DNA from: Candidatus Firestoneibacteriota bacterium
GTDB lineage: Bacteria; Oederibacteriota; D2-FULL-39-29; JBDRBU01
Reading direction: 5' to 3'
NCBI GenBank assembly: GCA_043822305.1
Contig: JBDRBU010000085.1
Coordinates: forward strand, 1-42,688
DNA length: 42,688 nucleotides
The position numbers and the translations under genes were made by a program. How positions within the stretch are numbered: the stretch's first letter is position 1; every line of letters starts with the position of its first letter. This document shows positions 9,061 through 19,164 of the stretch, piece by piece. The notes under the pieces were generated by a model that did no database searches, was not told where the DNA came from, and saw only the letters and a list, made by a program, of their open reading frames with translations.

Positions 9061-10107
9061 ATGAAAATATTGTTAGTTGCGCCTTCAGAAGGTATTTTAG
9101 GACATATAGCAGATTGGACAAAAGATGCTTTTATTTCGTATAATCATGATGTTAGATCTTTTGACTACAGAAAGAGTCCTCATTCTTTTTTAACAAGAAT
9201 AGCCGATAGATTGAGTATAATGAAAGACCTAAAAGCTAAAAAGATGAATTCAGATTTATTAAGGGAAATAAATAATTATAATCCGGATTATATACTTGTG
9301 TTTTTAGGTGAGAATATACACTCTTCAACATTAATGGACATAAAAGAAAAGAGTAATGCAACCTTGATTAATTGGTTTCATGATACTGTTGTTTCTAAAT
9401 ATAGGAATAAGTTTTTACAAGAATATCCCAAATACTATGATTTCTTTTTTATAATTGATTCCTTAAAAGCATTAAAAGAAATAAATATTACAGCTGATAA
9501 CTTCCAGACATTAGTAATGGCTTGTGATGAGAATGTTCATAAAAAAATCAATATTAACGAAGAAGATAAAACAAAATATAAAAGTAAAGTAAGTTTTATA
9601 GGAACAGTTGTACCTCAAAGGGTAAAAGTACTCGAACATATAGCAGATTTAGATCTATCAATATGGGGATCAAAATATAATATATTTGGTAATTGGATAA
9701 AAGAATTTCCTGTTTTAGCTAAATCTTACCGAAGAGGCCCTTTTAAAGAATATTCGGAAGTTGTTAAGATAATAAATAGTTCAGATATCATTGTAAATAT
9801 ACATGGTTTTACAGGAGAGAAACATTTTGATATGCCTTCAAGAACTTTTGAAGTAGCTGGATGTGGAACATTTCAATTAACGGAATATACAGAAAGCATT
9901 AGTGAATATTTTGAAATAGGAAAAGAAATAATTTGTTTTAAAACTAAAGAAGAATTAAGAGATCTAATTAAATATTATCTATCTCAGACTAAAGAACGGG
10001 AAGAGATAGCAAAGAATGCGCAAAAAAGGACGTATAAAGACCATACTTTTAAACAAAGAATTAAGAAGATGCTGGAAATAATTAAAAATGAAAAACAAAA
10101 AATGTGA
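9061..10107 (+). CDS. CgeB-like glycosyltransferase (GT-B)
   Basis: VSFIGT, RTFEVAGCGTFQLTE, KDHTFKQRI motifs. Confidence 0.85.
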   Translation: MKILLVAPSEGILGHIADWTKDAFISYNHDVRSFDYRKSPHSFLTRIADRLSIMKDLKAKKMNSDLLREINNYNPDYILVFLGENIHSSTLMDIKEKSNATLINWFHDTVVSKYRNKFLQEYPKYYDFFFIIDSLKALKEINITADNFQTLVMACDENVHKKININEEDKTKYKSKVSFIGTVVPQRVKVLEHIADLDLSIWGSKYNIFGNWIKEFPVLAKSYRRGPFKEYSEVVKIINSSDIIVNIHGFTGEKHFDMPSRTFEVAGCGTFQLTEYTESISEYFEIGKEIICFKTKEELRDLIKYYLSQTKEREEIAKNAQKRTYKDHTFKQRIKKMLEIIKNEKQKM

Positions 10108-11125
10108 AATTTGCGGGTCTAAAGATTTTAAGTTATTATATATTCTTGAAGATTGCAATCGAAGGAATAAAGGTGTTTTTAAAATAGTAAAATGCAAAAA
10201 ATGCAAATTCGTTTATTTGAATCCAGTCCTTAATAGAAAAGAATTAAATAAATTTTATTTATCAACATGTTACAAGATGGATTTAAATGAGAAAGAAAAA
10301 GAAGGTTTAAGCGAAAGATATGAGCTTATCAATCATTTTAAAAAAAAGGGTAAAATACTTGATATTGGGGCTGCACAAGGATTTTTTCTTAAGTTTATGA
10401 AAGATAAAGGTTGGGATGTTAAAGGGGTGGAATTGTCAAAAGAAGCATGTTCATTTGCAAAAAGAAAACTTAATCTGAATATTACAAACAAGGATTTTAT
10501 TAAAACTGATTTGAAAAACGAAAAATTTGATGTTATGACCATGTTTGAGGTAATGGAGCATATTCCGAATATAAATGAAAACCTGAAAAAAATATATAAT
10601 CACTTGAAAAATAAGGGTGTTTTAATAATCAGTGTTCCGAATTTTAATAGTTTGCAGAGATTTATTTTTGGGAGATATTGGTGTCATATAGATGTACCAA
10701 GGCACTTGTATCATTTCACCAGAAAAACAATAAAAAAATTACTTTTAAATAATGGATTTGTCATTGAAAAAACATTTGGTAGTTTAGTCCTGGCGAAGGG
10801 TAATATTTTATCCGGTCTTATAAAACGATTAAGGCAAAATATACCTTCAGGGAATAAGAAAGATAAAGACATTCAATCTTCTCTAAAAGGTAATCCATGT
10901 TTGTCATGCCCGAGTGTATTAATCGGGCATCCAGAGTCTTATCTTATCAGTGGTTTTAAGACACTGGATTCCCGCATTCGCGAGAATGACACAAAAAATG
11001 ACTTTTTCAACAGCTTGAATACATATAAAATACAATTTATTAAACCAATAAGTTTAATGATAAGATTATTATCTTTTGTAACTGGAACTACCGGGACAAT
11101 GCATATAGTTGCGAGGAAAAGGTGA
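10088..11125 (+). CDS. Class I SAM-dependent methyltransferase carrying an in-frame palindromic insertion
   Basis: CEIC...CKKC, ILDIGAAQG, FEVMEHI, VPRHLYHF. Paralog of 7892..8863 with an extra C-terminal segment. Confidence 0.85.
   Translation: MKNKKCEICGSKDFKLLYILEDCNRRNKGVFKIVKCKKCKFVYLNPVLNRKELNKFYLSTCYKMDLNEKEKEGLSERYELINHFKKKGKILDIGAAQGFFLKFMKDKGWDVKGVELSKEACSFAKRKLNLNITNKDFIKTDLKNEKFDVMTMFEVMEHIPNINENLKKIYNHLKNKGVLIISVPNFNSLQRFIFGRYWCHIDVPRHLYHFTRKTIKKLLLNNGFVIEKTFGSLVLAKGNILSGLIKRLRQNIPSGNKKDKDIQSSLKGNPCLSCPSVLIGHPESYLISGFKTLDSRIRENDTKNDFFNSLNTYKIQFIKPISLMIRLLSFVTGTTGTMHIVARKR
10902..10991. mobile_element. 90-bp palindromic miniature element inside a CDS
   Basis: TGTCATGCCCGA..TCGGGCATCCAGAGTCTTA ... 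TAAGACACTGGATTCCCGC..GCGAGAATGACA. The ends match those flanking the GIY-YIG gene, and the length is a multiple of 3. Confidence 0.85.
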
Positions 11126-12363
11126 CTCAATTTTTTTCTAAAAAAGTGATGAAAAACACATGGTGGCTTTTTATAACGCAGGCTATTACAAAAGTATTAT
11201 CATTGTTATTTATTGTTTACTTAGGTCGAAGTCTGTCAATAGGAGACTTTGGAAAATTCAACCTGGCAAATGCCATTAGTTTGATATTTGCTGTGTGTGT
11301 TGATTATGGTTTTAATATTTATCTTGTAAGGGAGATTGCTAAAGATAAAACAAAAATCGGTAGTTTATTGGGAAGTATTATTCCATTTAAAATAATATTG
11401 GGCGTATTAGTCTTTGCAAGCGTTTATTTTACTGTTGTTTTTATTAATTATGATCCTGTTACGGAAACAGTCATAATGTTAATGGCATTATATTACATCT
11501 TATTTTCATTCTCGATATTCTTTAGAACTATTTTCATAGCTTATGAAATGATGGAATACGAATCCATATTTAGTTTAATTGATAAGATATTAGTATTTGT
11601 CATGGTAATTTTTGTGGTCTTTAATAAAAAAGGAGTTGTAGAGATTGCACTGGTTTATGTATTTGTTGAAGCAATAATGCTGATATCCAGTGTGTATTTG
11701 TTATTAAAAAAGTTCCCTGATATTAAATATGTTTTTTCAAAGAGCATCTTAATTACGTCTATAAAAGAATCTTCTTACTTTTTTTTATCAAATATTTTAC
11801 TTATGCTTTATCTGTATTTGGATTCCATAATGTTATCAAAAATGAAAGGCGAGGAGGCAGTTGGTTTATACAATGCAAGTTATAATCTTGTTTATAATTT
11901 AAGATTTTTAATCTCACCCCTGATTACCTCATTATTTCCATCAATGGCTTTTAATGCGCAAAATGATAAGAACGAGCTTTTAATTACACATAAAAAAACA
12001 GGCCGTTTACTTTTAATATCTGGTATAATTGTTACAATAATTTGCTTTGTTTTAAGTAAACAAATAATTATTTTACTTTATGGATATAAATTTATTGATT
12101 CTGTATATGCGTTTGCAATATTGATCTGGGCTATACCGTTTATATTCGTAAATGGATTTTATAGTTATTTGTTAACTTCGTTAAACCATCAGAAAAATAT
12201 TTTATTATATTTAACTTTTGCGGTAATCCTTGATGTTTTGCTTAATATTTTGGTTATTCCAAAATATGGTTTTATTGGCGCATCTTTTGCCACCGTAATT
12301 TCTGAAATATTGTATTTTGTTTTATGTTTCAGAAAATTAATTAAACTGGGATTTAAACAATGA
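11122..12363 (+). CDS. wzx: Flippase (Wzx / MOP family)
   Basis: KNTWWL...DYGFNIYLVREIAK, YLDSIMLS...VGLYNASY, LNILVIPKYGFIGASFATVISE. Confidence 0.9.
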   Translation: MTQFFSKKVMKNTWWLFITQAITKVLSLLFIVYLGRSLSIGDFGKFNLANAISLIFAVCVDYGFNIYLVREIAKDKTKIGSLLGSIIPFKIILGVLVFASVYFTVVFINYDPVTETVIMLMALYYILFSFSIFFRTIFIAYEMMEYESIFSLIDKILVFVMVIFVVFNKKGVVEIALVYVFVEAIMLISSVYLLLKKFPDIKYVFSKSILITSIKESSYFFLSNILLMLYLYLDSIMLSKMKGEEAVGLYNASYNLVYNLRFLISPLITSLFPSMAFNAQNDKNELLITHKKTGRLLLISGIIVTIICFVLSKQIIILLYGYKFIDSVYAFAILIWAIPFIFVNGFYSYLLTSLNHQKNILLYLTFAVILDVLLNILVIPKYGFIGASFATVISEILYFVLCFRKLIKLGFKQ

Positions 12364-13271
12364 AAAATATTAGCATCATAATACCTAATTATAACGGCAG
12401 AGAATATTTATCAACAAATATTCCGTTCCTTTTAAAAACACTTAAAGATTTTAAAGCAAAGAATGAAATAATTATGGTGGATGACTGTTCTCGTGACGGA
12501 AGCATAGAATTTGTGCAAAAGAGATTCCCTTCCGTTAGAGTTTTTAAAACAAAAGAAAATAGCGGTTTTGGAAAAGCATGTAACCTCGGGATAAAAAAGA
12601 GCAATTATGATATTGTGTATCTTCTTAATACGGATGTTAAGGTAACAAAAGGATTCATGGATGATATACTTGTTAAGTTTCAAGAGCATGACTGTTTTGC
12701 TGTTGGTTCACTGGAAAATAACAGAAAAAAAATATTTATTCCCGTAATCGGTTTTAAATGGGGTATGTTTATTTATAATTATGAACAGTCTTTCTCAAAG
12801 GAAAAATATATTGAAGTAGTTTTTGTTTCAGCAGGACATTCGGCATTTGATAAGAAGAAATTCTTAAAATTAGGGGGTTTTAATGAGATTTATAGCCCTT
12901 TCCTTTGGGAAGATATGGATATTTGCTACTTGGCAGGCAAGCGCGGTTGGAAATCTTACTATTGTTCAAAAAGCTTGGTTTCCCATGATAAAGGCGGTAC
13001 TATAAAAAAAAGTTATGATTTAAAAAAAATAAGCACAATACATTGGAGAAACAGATTTTTGTTTTTATGGAGTGTTATCAGGGGAAGATTGCTTATTTAT
13101 CATATTATAATGTTGCCGTTTTTAGTTCTTGGATCACTGTTTTTCAAAAGAGAAATGTTTAATGGATTTATGGCTGCAATTCCAATGGCCAAACAAGCTT
13201 TTGCAACAAAAAGGAGTCCGGATAAGTGTAAAGATATTGATATGATAAAAAAATTTAGGCTGGTTATATAA
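12360..13271 (+). CDS. Glycosyltransferase family 2
   Basis: SIIIPNYNG, VDDCSRDGS, GFGKACNLG, LLNTD, WEDMDIC. Confidence 0.9.
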   Translation: MKNISIIIPNYNGREYLSTNIPFLLKTLKDFKAKNEIIMVDDCSRDGSIEFVQKRFPSVRVFKTKENSGFGKACNLGIKKSNYDIVYLLNTDVKVTKGFMDDILVKFQEHDCFAVGSLENNRKKIFIPVIGFKWGMFIYNYEQSFSKEKYIEVVFVSAGHSAFDKKKFLKLGGFNEIYSPFLWEDMDICYLAGKRGWKSYYCSKSLVSHDKGGTIKKSYDLKKISTIHWRNRFLFLWSVIRGRLLIYHIIMLPFLVLGSLFFKREMFNGFMAAIPMAKQAFATKRSPDKCKDIDMIKKFRLVI

Positions 13272-14396
13272 ATGGCAAAGTACAATATATTATATCTGCA
13301 TGATGCTCCTTATCTTGGTGGGGCAGAAAAGAGCTTGCTGACTATTGTTGATAATATAGATAAGAGTGTTTTTACTCCATTTTTTGCATGTGATACAAAA
13401 GGGGTTTTTGCTGAAGAATTAAGAAAGAGAAATATAATTTGCGAGCATATTGATTATGCAAAAATAAGGATTTTAAGGGGGGTAAGGGATACAAATAAAA
13501 GACTTGATGAGATTATAAATAAATATAATATAAATCTTTTACATGGAAATGTAATCAGGACAAATTTATATGCATCAATGGCCGGAAAAAGAAATAAAAT
13601 ACCAGTGGTTTGGCATATTAGAAATCTTATTTATAAGGAACTTATAGATACTGAAAAATGGCTGATATTTCTTGCTGACGCTGTTTTTTGTAATGGTGGT
13701 AAAATCGCAGAGAGGTTTAACTTGTTTGGAAAAAGATTTAAGAGAATTAAAGTTATATATACAGGAATAGATACAAAAAGATATAACCCTGTGTTAGATG
13801 CTAAGGATTTCAGAAGGGAGTTCGGTATAAATCCCGCTGAAATAGTCATAATGACGGTTGGCAGGTTTGGTGTGGGCAAGGGGCAAGAAATTTTTTTAAA
13901 CGTTGCGGCTATATTATCAAAAAAACATTTAAACTTGAAATTCATGATTGTTGGCGGTGCGGCTATGCCTTTAGATGCCTGGAGAGAAATTGAACTAAAA
14001 AAATTAGCTGAAAATCTTAATATAAAAGATAAAACAATCTTTACCGGGTTCAGAAAAGATATAGAAAATATGATGGCTTGTGCTGATCTGTTTATTCTCC
14101 CAAGTTATTTTGAGCCATTTGGAAGGGTTTTACTTGAAGCGATGGCTTCAGGAAAACCGGTAATTGCTACTTCTTCAGGTGGTACACCTGAAATTGTTAC
14201 TGATGGAGTAACTGGGTTATTGGTACCTCCGCGAGATTCGGAAAAACTTGCAGAAGCCATAGATAAGTTGATTACAGATCCGGATTTAATGAAGAAATTG
14301 TCTTTGGCCGGCAGGGAACGTGCTGAGAAAATATTTGATATCAAAATTTGTATTAAGACTCTAGAGAATGAATATATGAAGGTGCTTCAAAAATGA
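13272..14396 (+). CDS. Glycosyltransferase family 4
   Basis: GGAE, EPFGRVLLEAMASGKPVIAT. Confidence 0.92.
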   Translation: MAKYNILYLHDAPYLGGAEKSLLTIVDNIDKSVFTPFFACDTKGVFAEELRKRNIICEHIDYAKIRILRGVRDTNKRLDEIINKYNINLLHGNVIRTNLYASMAGKRNKIPVVWHIRNLIYKELIDTEKWLIFLADAVFCNGGKIAERFNLFGKRFKRIKVIYTGIDTKRYNPVLDAKDFRREFGINPAEIVIMTVGRFGVGKGQEIFLNVAAILSKKHLNLKFMIVGGAAMPLDAWREIELKKLAENLNIKDKTIFTGFRKDIENMMACADLFILPSYFEPFGRVLLEAMASGKPVIATSSGGTPEIVTDGVTGLLVPPRDSEKLAEAIDKLITDPDLMKKLSLAGRERAEKIFDIKICIKTLENEYMKVLQK

Positions 14397-16321
14397 AAGA
14401 TATTGCTGTATTAATAGTTAATTGGAACACAAAAGAATATTTAAAAAAATGCCTTGTTTCAATAATAACAAATTGCAAACAAGATAATTATGATATTTTT
14501 GTTATAGATAATAACTCATATGACGGAAGTCTGGAGATGATTAAGTCAGAATTTAAAAAAGTTAATTTAATTGAAAACAAGGAAAATGTTGGATATGGAA
14601 AAGCTCTTAATCAGGGTATAAAAATAGTTAAATCAAAATATCTATTAATTCTTAACAGCGATGTTGAACTAAAAAAAGATATAATGAGTGTATTTTTAAA
14701 TTTTATGGAAGTAAATAAAAATATTGGAGTAGTTGGACCGAAACTTTTAAATTCTGATGGAACCATTCAGGTTTCTTATAATATTTTCTTTCCGGGGATA
14801 TTTTCTTTCTTTTTTAATAGAATATTATTTCTATATTTTATGAAATTAAAACTAAGGAAAAACAAAGTATTTTTAAAACTATTTTATTCTAGTCATAAAA
14901 CCAGACAGGTAAAATGGATTGGCGGTTCTTGTATGTTTATAAGAAAAAGCGCCATAGAAAAGACTGGATACTTTGATGAAAACTTTTTTATGTATGGAGA
15001 GGAAACAGAATTGTGTCTGAGAATGAAAAAAGCAGGATATCTTGTATATTATTTACCAAAAGTTCAAATTATTCATCATGAAGCTCAAAGCAGTATTAAG
15101 AATTTTGACAAGGTATTTATTGAGATGTATAAAAGCGATATTTATTTTATTCAAAAATATTATAATCAAATTATAGTTGATTTAGCTAAAATTTTCATAC
15201 TAATAGGGTTATATATTAAATCAAAACAAACTAGAACAAATCTATGTCTTAAAACAATAAGTATTTTAAGATTAAAAGAACCACTATTAAAAATGTATTT
15301 TATATTTAGATTGCCATTTATTTTTTTAGTGAGGTTTTGTTTTAAACCAAGAAAAAAATTAGAGAAAGTAGAAAAAATAATTATATTTCGTTTAGATAGA
15401 ATGGGAGATTTTGTGTTAACCATACCCGTTATAGATAACTTAAAACTGGAATATCCTGCTGCAAAGATAACAGTTGTTGTCCGATCTTATTTAAAGGAAC
15501 TAACGACATTAGTAAAAAACATAGATGATACAATAATAGATGAAGGAATAATATCCATAATTAAGAAAATAAGAGAACAAAAATATGATATAGCTCTAGA
15601 CATGCTTTATGATTATAAATTAAAATCTGCGGTTTTAACTTTCTTAACAGGTGCGCCGGTTAGAATTGGCTTTTCAGGCGGGAAAAGGGAATATTTATTC
15701 AACTTAATGGTAAAAGAATCAGAATTTTTTAATAAAAGCATGAGAGAAATAAATCTGGAAATATTAAAAAAACTTAATGTTCCAATAAAAATAAATATAC
15801 CCAGAATAAATATTAAAGAAAAAAACACGGTGATAAAAACTTGTATATCGGTACACCCTGGGGGATATTATCCATCTCAAAGGTGGGATACAGATAAAAC
15901 AGTTGATTTATTAAAGGAAATACTTGTTTTGTATAAAGTGGACATAAAAGTCATTGGGGGAATAAATGATCAAAAACTAGTAGAAAGTATTATTGCAAAT
16001 GTAAAGGATGAAAAAGTGCAAGCGGTTTATTCCAGTATTAAAGAATTAGTTAATATTTTAAGTGAAAGCAAACTTTTAATTTGTAATAATTCCGGTCCAT
16101 TGCATTTAGCCTCGGCATTAGGGATACCCACTATATCTACTATGGGTCCTACGGATCCGGTGTTGTGGTGGCCTTATGGCGATAAAAATACTGTTATTAG
16201 AAAAAATCTGGATTGCAGCCCTTGTTCATTGGGAAAATGTGCTACGAATGAATGTATGCATTTAATTACAGTTGAAGAAATGTTTGATGCCGTAAAGAAG
16301 GTATTAGATGGAAATCAATAA
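14393..16321 (+). CDS. GT2-GT9 fusion glycosyltransferase
   Basis: N-terminal IVNWNT/DNNSYDGS/FMYGEETE (GT2); C-terminal RLDRMGD/HPGG/NNSGPLHLA/CSPC (GT9). Confidence 0.85.
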   Translation: MKDIAVLIVNWNTKEYLKKCLVSIITNCKQDNYDIFVIDNNSYDGSLEMIKSEFKKVNLIENKENVGYGKALNQGIKIVKSKYLLILNSDVELKKDIMSVFLNFMEVNKNIGVVGPKLLNSDGTIQVSYNIFFPGIFSFFFNRILFLYFMKLKLRKNKVFLKLFYSSHKTRQVKWIGGSCMFIRKSAIEKTGYFDENFFMYGEETELCLRMKKAGYLVYYLPKVQIIHHEAQSSIKNFDKVFIEMYKSDIYFIQKYYNQIIVDLAKIFILIGLYIKSKQTRTNLCLKTISILRLKEPLLKMYFIFRLPFIFLVRFCFKPRKKLEKVEKIIIFRLDRMGDFVLTIPVIDNLKLEYPAAKITVVVRSYLKELTTLVKNIDDTIIDEGIISIIKKIREQKYDIALDMLYDYKLKSAVLTFLTGAPVRIGFSGGKREYLFNLMVKESEFFNKSMREINLEILKKLNVPIKINIPRINIKEKNTVIKTCISVHPGGYYPSQRWDTDKTVDLLKEILVLYKVDIKVIGGINDQKLVESIIANVKDEKVQAVYSSIKELVNILSESKLLICNNSGPLHLASALGIPTISTMGPTDPVLWWPYGDKNTVIRKNLDCSPCSLGKCATNECMHLITVEEMFDAVKKVLDGNQ

Positions 16322-17384
16322 ACAAAGAATAAATAAAATATTAATTATAAATTTGGGTGGAATTGGAGATATGATAGTTTCAATCCCTTTTTTAAGAGGA
16401 TTAAGAAAAAAATATGATAAATCAAAAATTGTATTACTTACGATTTCAAATAGTTATCGAATAATAAATAATCTTGGATATATTGATAAGGCAATATTGA
16501 TGGATTATAAAACGCGGGATGCCAGAACCTTTAACATAAAAATAATAAAACAGCTTATGTTTGTTTTATCTCTTAGAAAAGAAAAATTCGATATGATAAT
16601 AAATCTAAGACCTTTAACTAATCATATGGCTGCTCTTAAAATGGCATTAATTTTTTATCTTATCGGTGGAAAATATTGGATTGGGAGAGATAGCGAGGGA
16701 CTGGGGTTTTTCTATAATATTAAAATACCGGAAAAAAGAAATTTTAAGAAACATGAAATAGATTATCACAAAGAATTAGCAGAAAGATTGGCGATAAATG
16801 TAAATGATGATGCAAGAATTAAATTCGAAAAGAAAAATATCATTTTCGCCAATAAGTTTTTAAAACGAAATAAAATTAGAAAAAAAGATAAACTGGTTAT
16901 GGTTAATGCGGAATCCGCTATGCCAATAAAAATATGGCCTGAATATATATATATGCAATTAATGAGGGAATTAAATAAAAAAATAAACTGGAAAATAATT
17001 GTCATTACATATAAAAATATTAAAACAGAAGAAAAGATAAAGGAACAATTTAAAAATATAATAATATTGAATGACAAAAACATAAAAAATGTAGCATCAG
17101 TCATAAAAAGAGCAAATGTGTTTATTACCATAGATTCCGGACCAATGCATATTGCTGCTTCTTTTAATATTCCAATAGTATCTATACACGGACCAATTGA
17201 TCCATATTTAACAGGACCTAATATTTCAAAAAATAAATATATTATTATATATAATAAAGTTGATTGTTCGCCTTGTAATAGAATAAAATGTAATTCTATG
17301 AAATGTATGAAAAATATTAAAACGAAGGAAATTATTTCTGCGGCAGAGGAGTTATTAAAATATGGAGTTAAGAAGACTAGGTAA
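16308..17384 (+). CDS. Glycosyltransferase family 9 (heptosyltransferase-like)
   Basis: NLGGIGDM, IDSGPMHIAA, HGP, CSPC...C...CM. Confidence 0.9.
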   Translation: MEINKQRINKILIINLGGIGDMIVSIPFLRGLRKKYDKSKIVLLTISNSYRIINNLGYIDKAILMDYKTRDARTFNIKIIKQLMFVLSLRKEKFDMIINLRPLTNHMAALKMALIFYLIGGKYWIGRDSEGLGFFYNIKIPEKRNFKKHEIDYHKELAERLAINVNDDARIKFEKKNIIFANKFLKRNKIRKKDKLVMVNAESAMPIKIWPEYIYMQLMRELNKKINWKIIVITYKNIKTEEKIKEQFKNIIILNDKNIKNVASVIKRANVFITIDSGPMHIAASFNIPIVSIHGPIDPYLTGPNISKNKYIIIYNKVDCSPCNRIKCNSMKCMKNIKTKEIISAAEELLKYGVKKTR

Positions 17385-17994
17385 ATTTCTAAGAAACATG
17401 GTAACAAAAGAAGAAGAAAAAGGGGAGTATTCTTCTGGGTATTGGCCGGCTAAAATCAGAAAAACGGTTTTGGATATTATCTCAAAAAAAGGAAAATTGC
17501 TTGAAGTTGGTTGCGGAGAAGGTTTGTTTTTGGATGCATTAAATAAGATTGCTCCAGATATGGAACTTTATGGGATTGACAATTGGGAAGAGATGTTAGG
17601 AAAAGCTGAAAAAAGACTGAAAGGAAAAAATGTAAAACTTACATTGGCTAATGGGACCAAACTTCCATTTTTAGATAATTCTTTTGATACTATAATATGC
17701 GTTAATGTGCTACTAAATTTGCCGGGATTAGAGGTTGCATCTAAAATGTTAAAGGAAATGTCAAGAGTATGCAATCTGGATGGATCAATAGTCTTTGAGA
17801 TAAGAAATAAGTTAAGTCCTTTATTTAAAATTCAATATAAGATGGCAAAATATCTTGACCCGGATTTGAAAGCACCCTTAAGCACTTATAATATACGGGA
17901 CATTAGATCTTTGGTGAAAATAAAAAAAATACATTATATTGGATTCCCAAGAAACAAGTTAGTACCTATTATGGTCATAGAGGCTGGAAAGTAA
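17362..17994 (+). CDS. Class I SAM-dependent methyltransferase
   Basis: LLEVGCGEG, LPFLDNSFD. Confidence 0.85.
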   Translation: MELRRLGKFLRNMVTKEEEKGEYSSGYWPAKIRKTVLDIISKKGKLLEVGCGEGLFLDALNKIAPDMELYGIDNWEEMLGKAEKRLKGKNVKLTLANGTKLPFLDNSFDTIICVNVLLNLPGLEVASKMLKEMSRVCNLDGSIVFEIRNKLSPLFKIQYKMAKYLDPDLKAPLSTYNIRDIRSLVKIKKIHYIGFPRNKLVPIMVIEAGK

Positions 17995-19164
17995 ATGAAA
18001 AGAATAAGATTGGTAACAACACATTTAAAAATATGGGAGCTTATTTATTATACAATTAAATCATTAAATCATAGAGATAAATATTATTTTCAATTAATTA
18101 ATCAATTGAAAGAAAAAACAAATAGTAAATATTGTTATTTGTTTAGTTCTGGGACAGCAGCATTTTCAATAGCATTAGAATCATTAAAAAGATTAAGCAA
18201 CAAACAGGAAGTAATTATTCCTGCTTATACTCCTTTAATTCTTATTGTCAAAATACAAGAAAACAATTTAAAACCTATACCATGTGATATTTCCCTAAAA
18301 ACACTATCTTTTGATGAAAGTGATTTTAATAAGAAAGTAAATTCTCAAAATACACTATGTGCAGCTTATGTTCGTTTATTTGGTATTTATACTCCGATAA
18401 GTACTTATTTGAAAATAGCAAAAGAAAATAAGTTTTTCTTGTTAGAAGATGATGCTCAGTCATTTATAGTAAACACGAAAGAACAAGGAGATATTATTTT
18501 ATTTAGTTTCAAGAGAGGTAAAAATTTTACTACATTTAGTGGCGGGGTATTACTTGGTAATGATGAAAAAATATTTGAAAGTATATATGAGAACTATAAT
18601 GAATTGAAAAATCAATCTACTCTAATAAAACTATACACATTTATTAAATTTCTTGCATTTATAATTATAAAAAATAAATATTTATATTCAATATTTAGTG
18701 CTGTAATAAAAAAATTTAAGGATATAGATGTTCCAAAAGATTTAAGAAAAAACAAGTATACTAATTGGCAAGCCTCAGTTGGATTGAGGTTATTAGAAAA
18801 GATAGATAAACTTAATAAAACAAGACATGAAAACACTGAAAGAATTTTGCAAAGTTTAAACAAATATGATGTATTCCAAATGCCAGAAATAGATCCATTA
18901 TCCAATTTGAACAGATTTCCATTAATTATTAAAGATGTGAAATTAAAAGAAAAAATTATTAAGAACTTAACAAAAAGCGGAATAGAAGTTTCTGATATGT
19001 ATAACAAAACATTACCTTACATATTTAATTTGGGATACAACAAAGAAGATTTTCCAAACGCTTATTATTTAGCTGACCGTATAATTACTTTACCGGTACA
19101 CCCATTAGCAACTTCTAACGATATTGATTTTATGATTGAGGAGATAAAAAAATGCTTCCAATGA
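17995..19164 (+). CDS. DegT/DnrJ/EryC1/StrS PLP aminotransferase
   Basis: SSGTAA, EVIIPAYT, EDDAQS, FSFKRGKN (PLP lysine), ITLPVHP. Confidence 0.85.
   Translation: MKRIRLVTTHLKIWELIYYTIKSLNHRDKYYFQLINQLKEKTNSKYCYLFSSGTAAFSIALESLKRLSNKQEVIIPAYTPLILIVKIQENNLKPIPCDISLKTLSFDESDFNKKVNSQNTLCAAYVRLFGIYTPISTYLKIAKENKFFLLEDDAQSFIVNTKEQGDIILFSFKRGKNFTTFSGGVLLGNDEKIFESIYENYNELKNQSTLIKLYTFIKFLAFIIIKNKYLYSIFSAVIKKFKDIDVPKDLRKNKYTNWQASVGLRLLEKIDKLNKTRHENTERILQSLNKYDVFQMPEIDPLSNLNRFPLIIKDVKLKEKIIKNLTKSGIEVSDMYNKTLPYIFNLGYNKEDFPNAYYLADRIITLPVHPLATSNDIDFMIEEIKKCFQ

Noticed and set aside
16766..17407. 213-aa antisense ORF and the other minus-strand ORFs within the glycan locus
   Set aside because: They fully overlap well-supported sense genes and have shadow-like composition.
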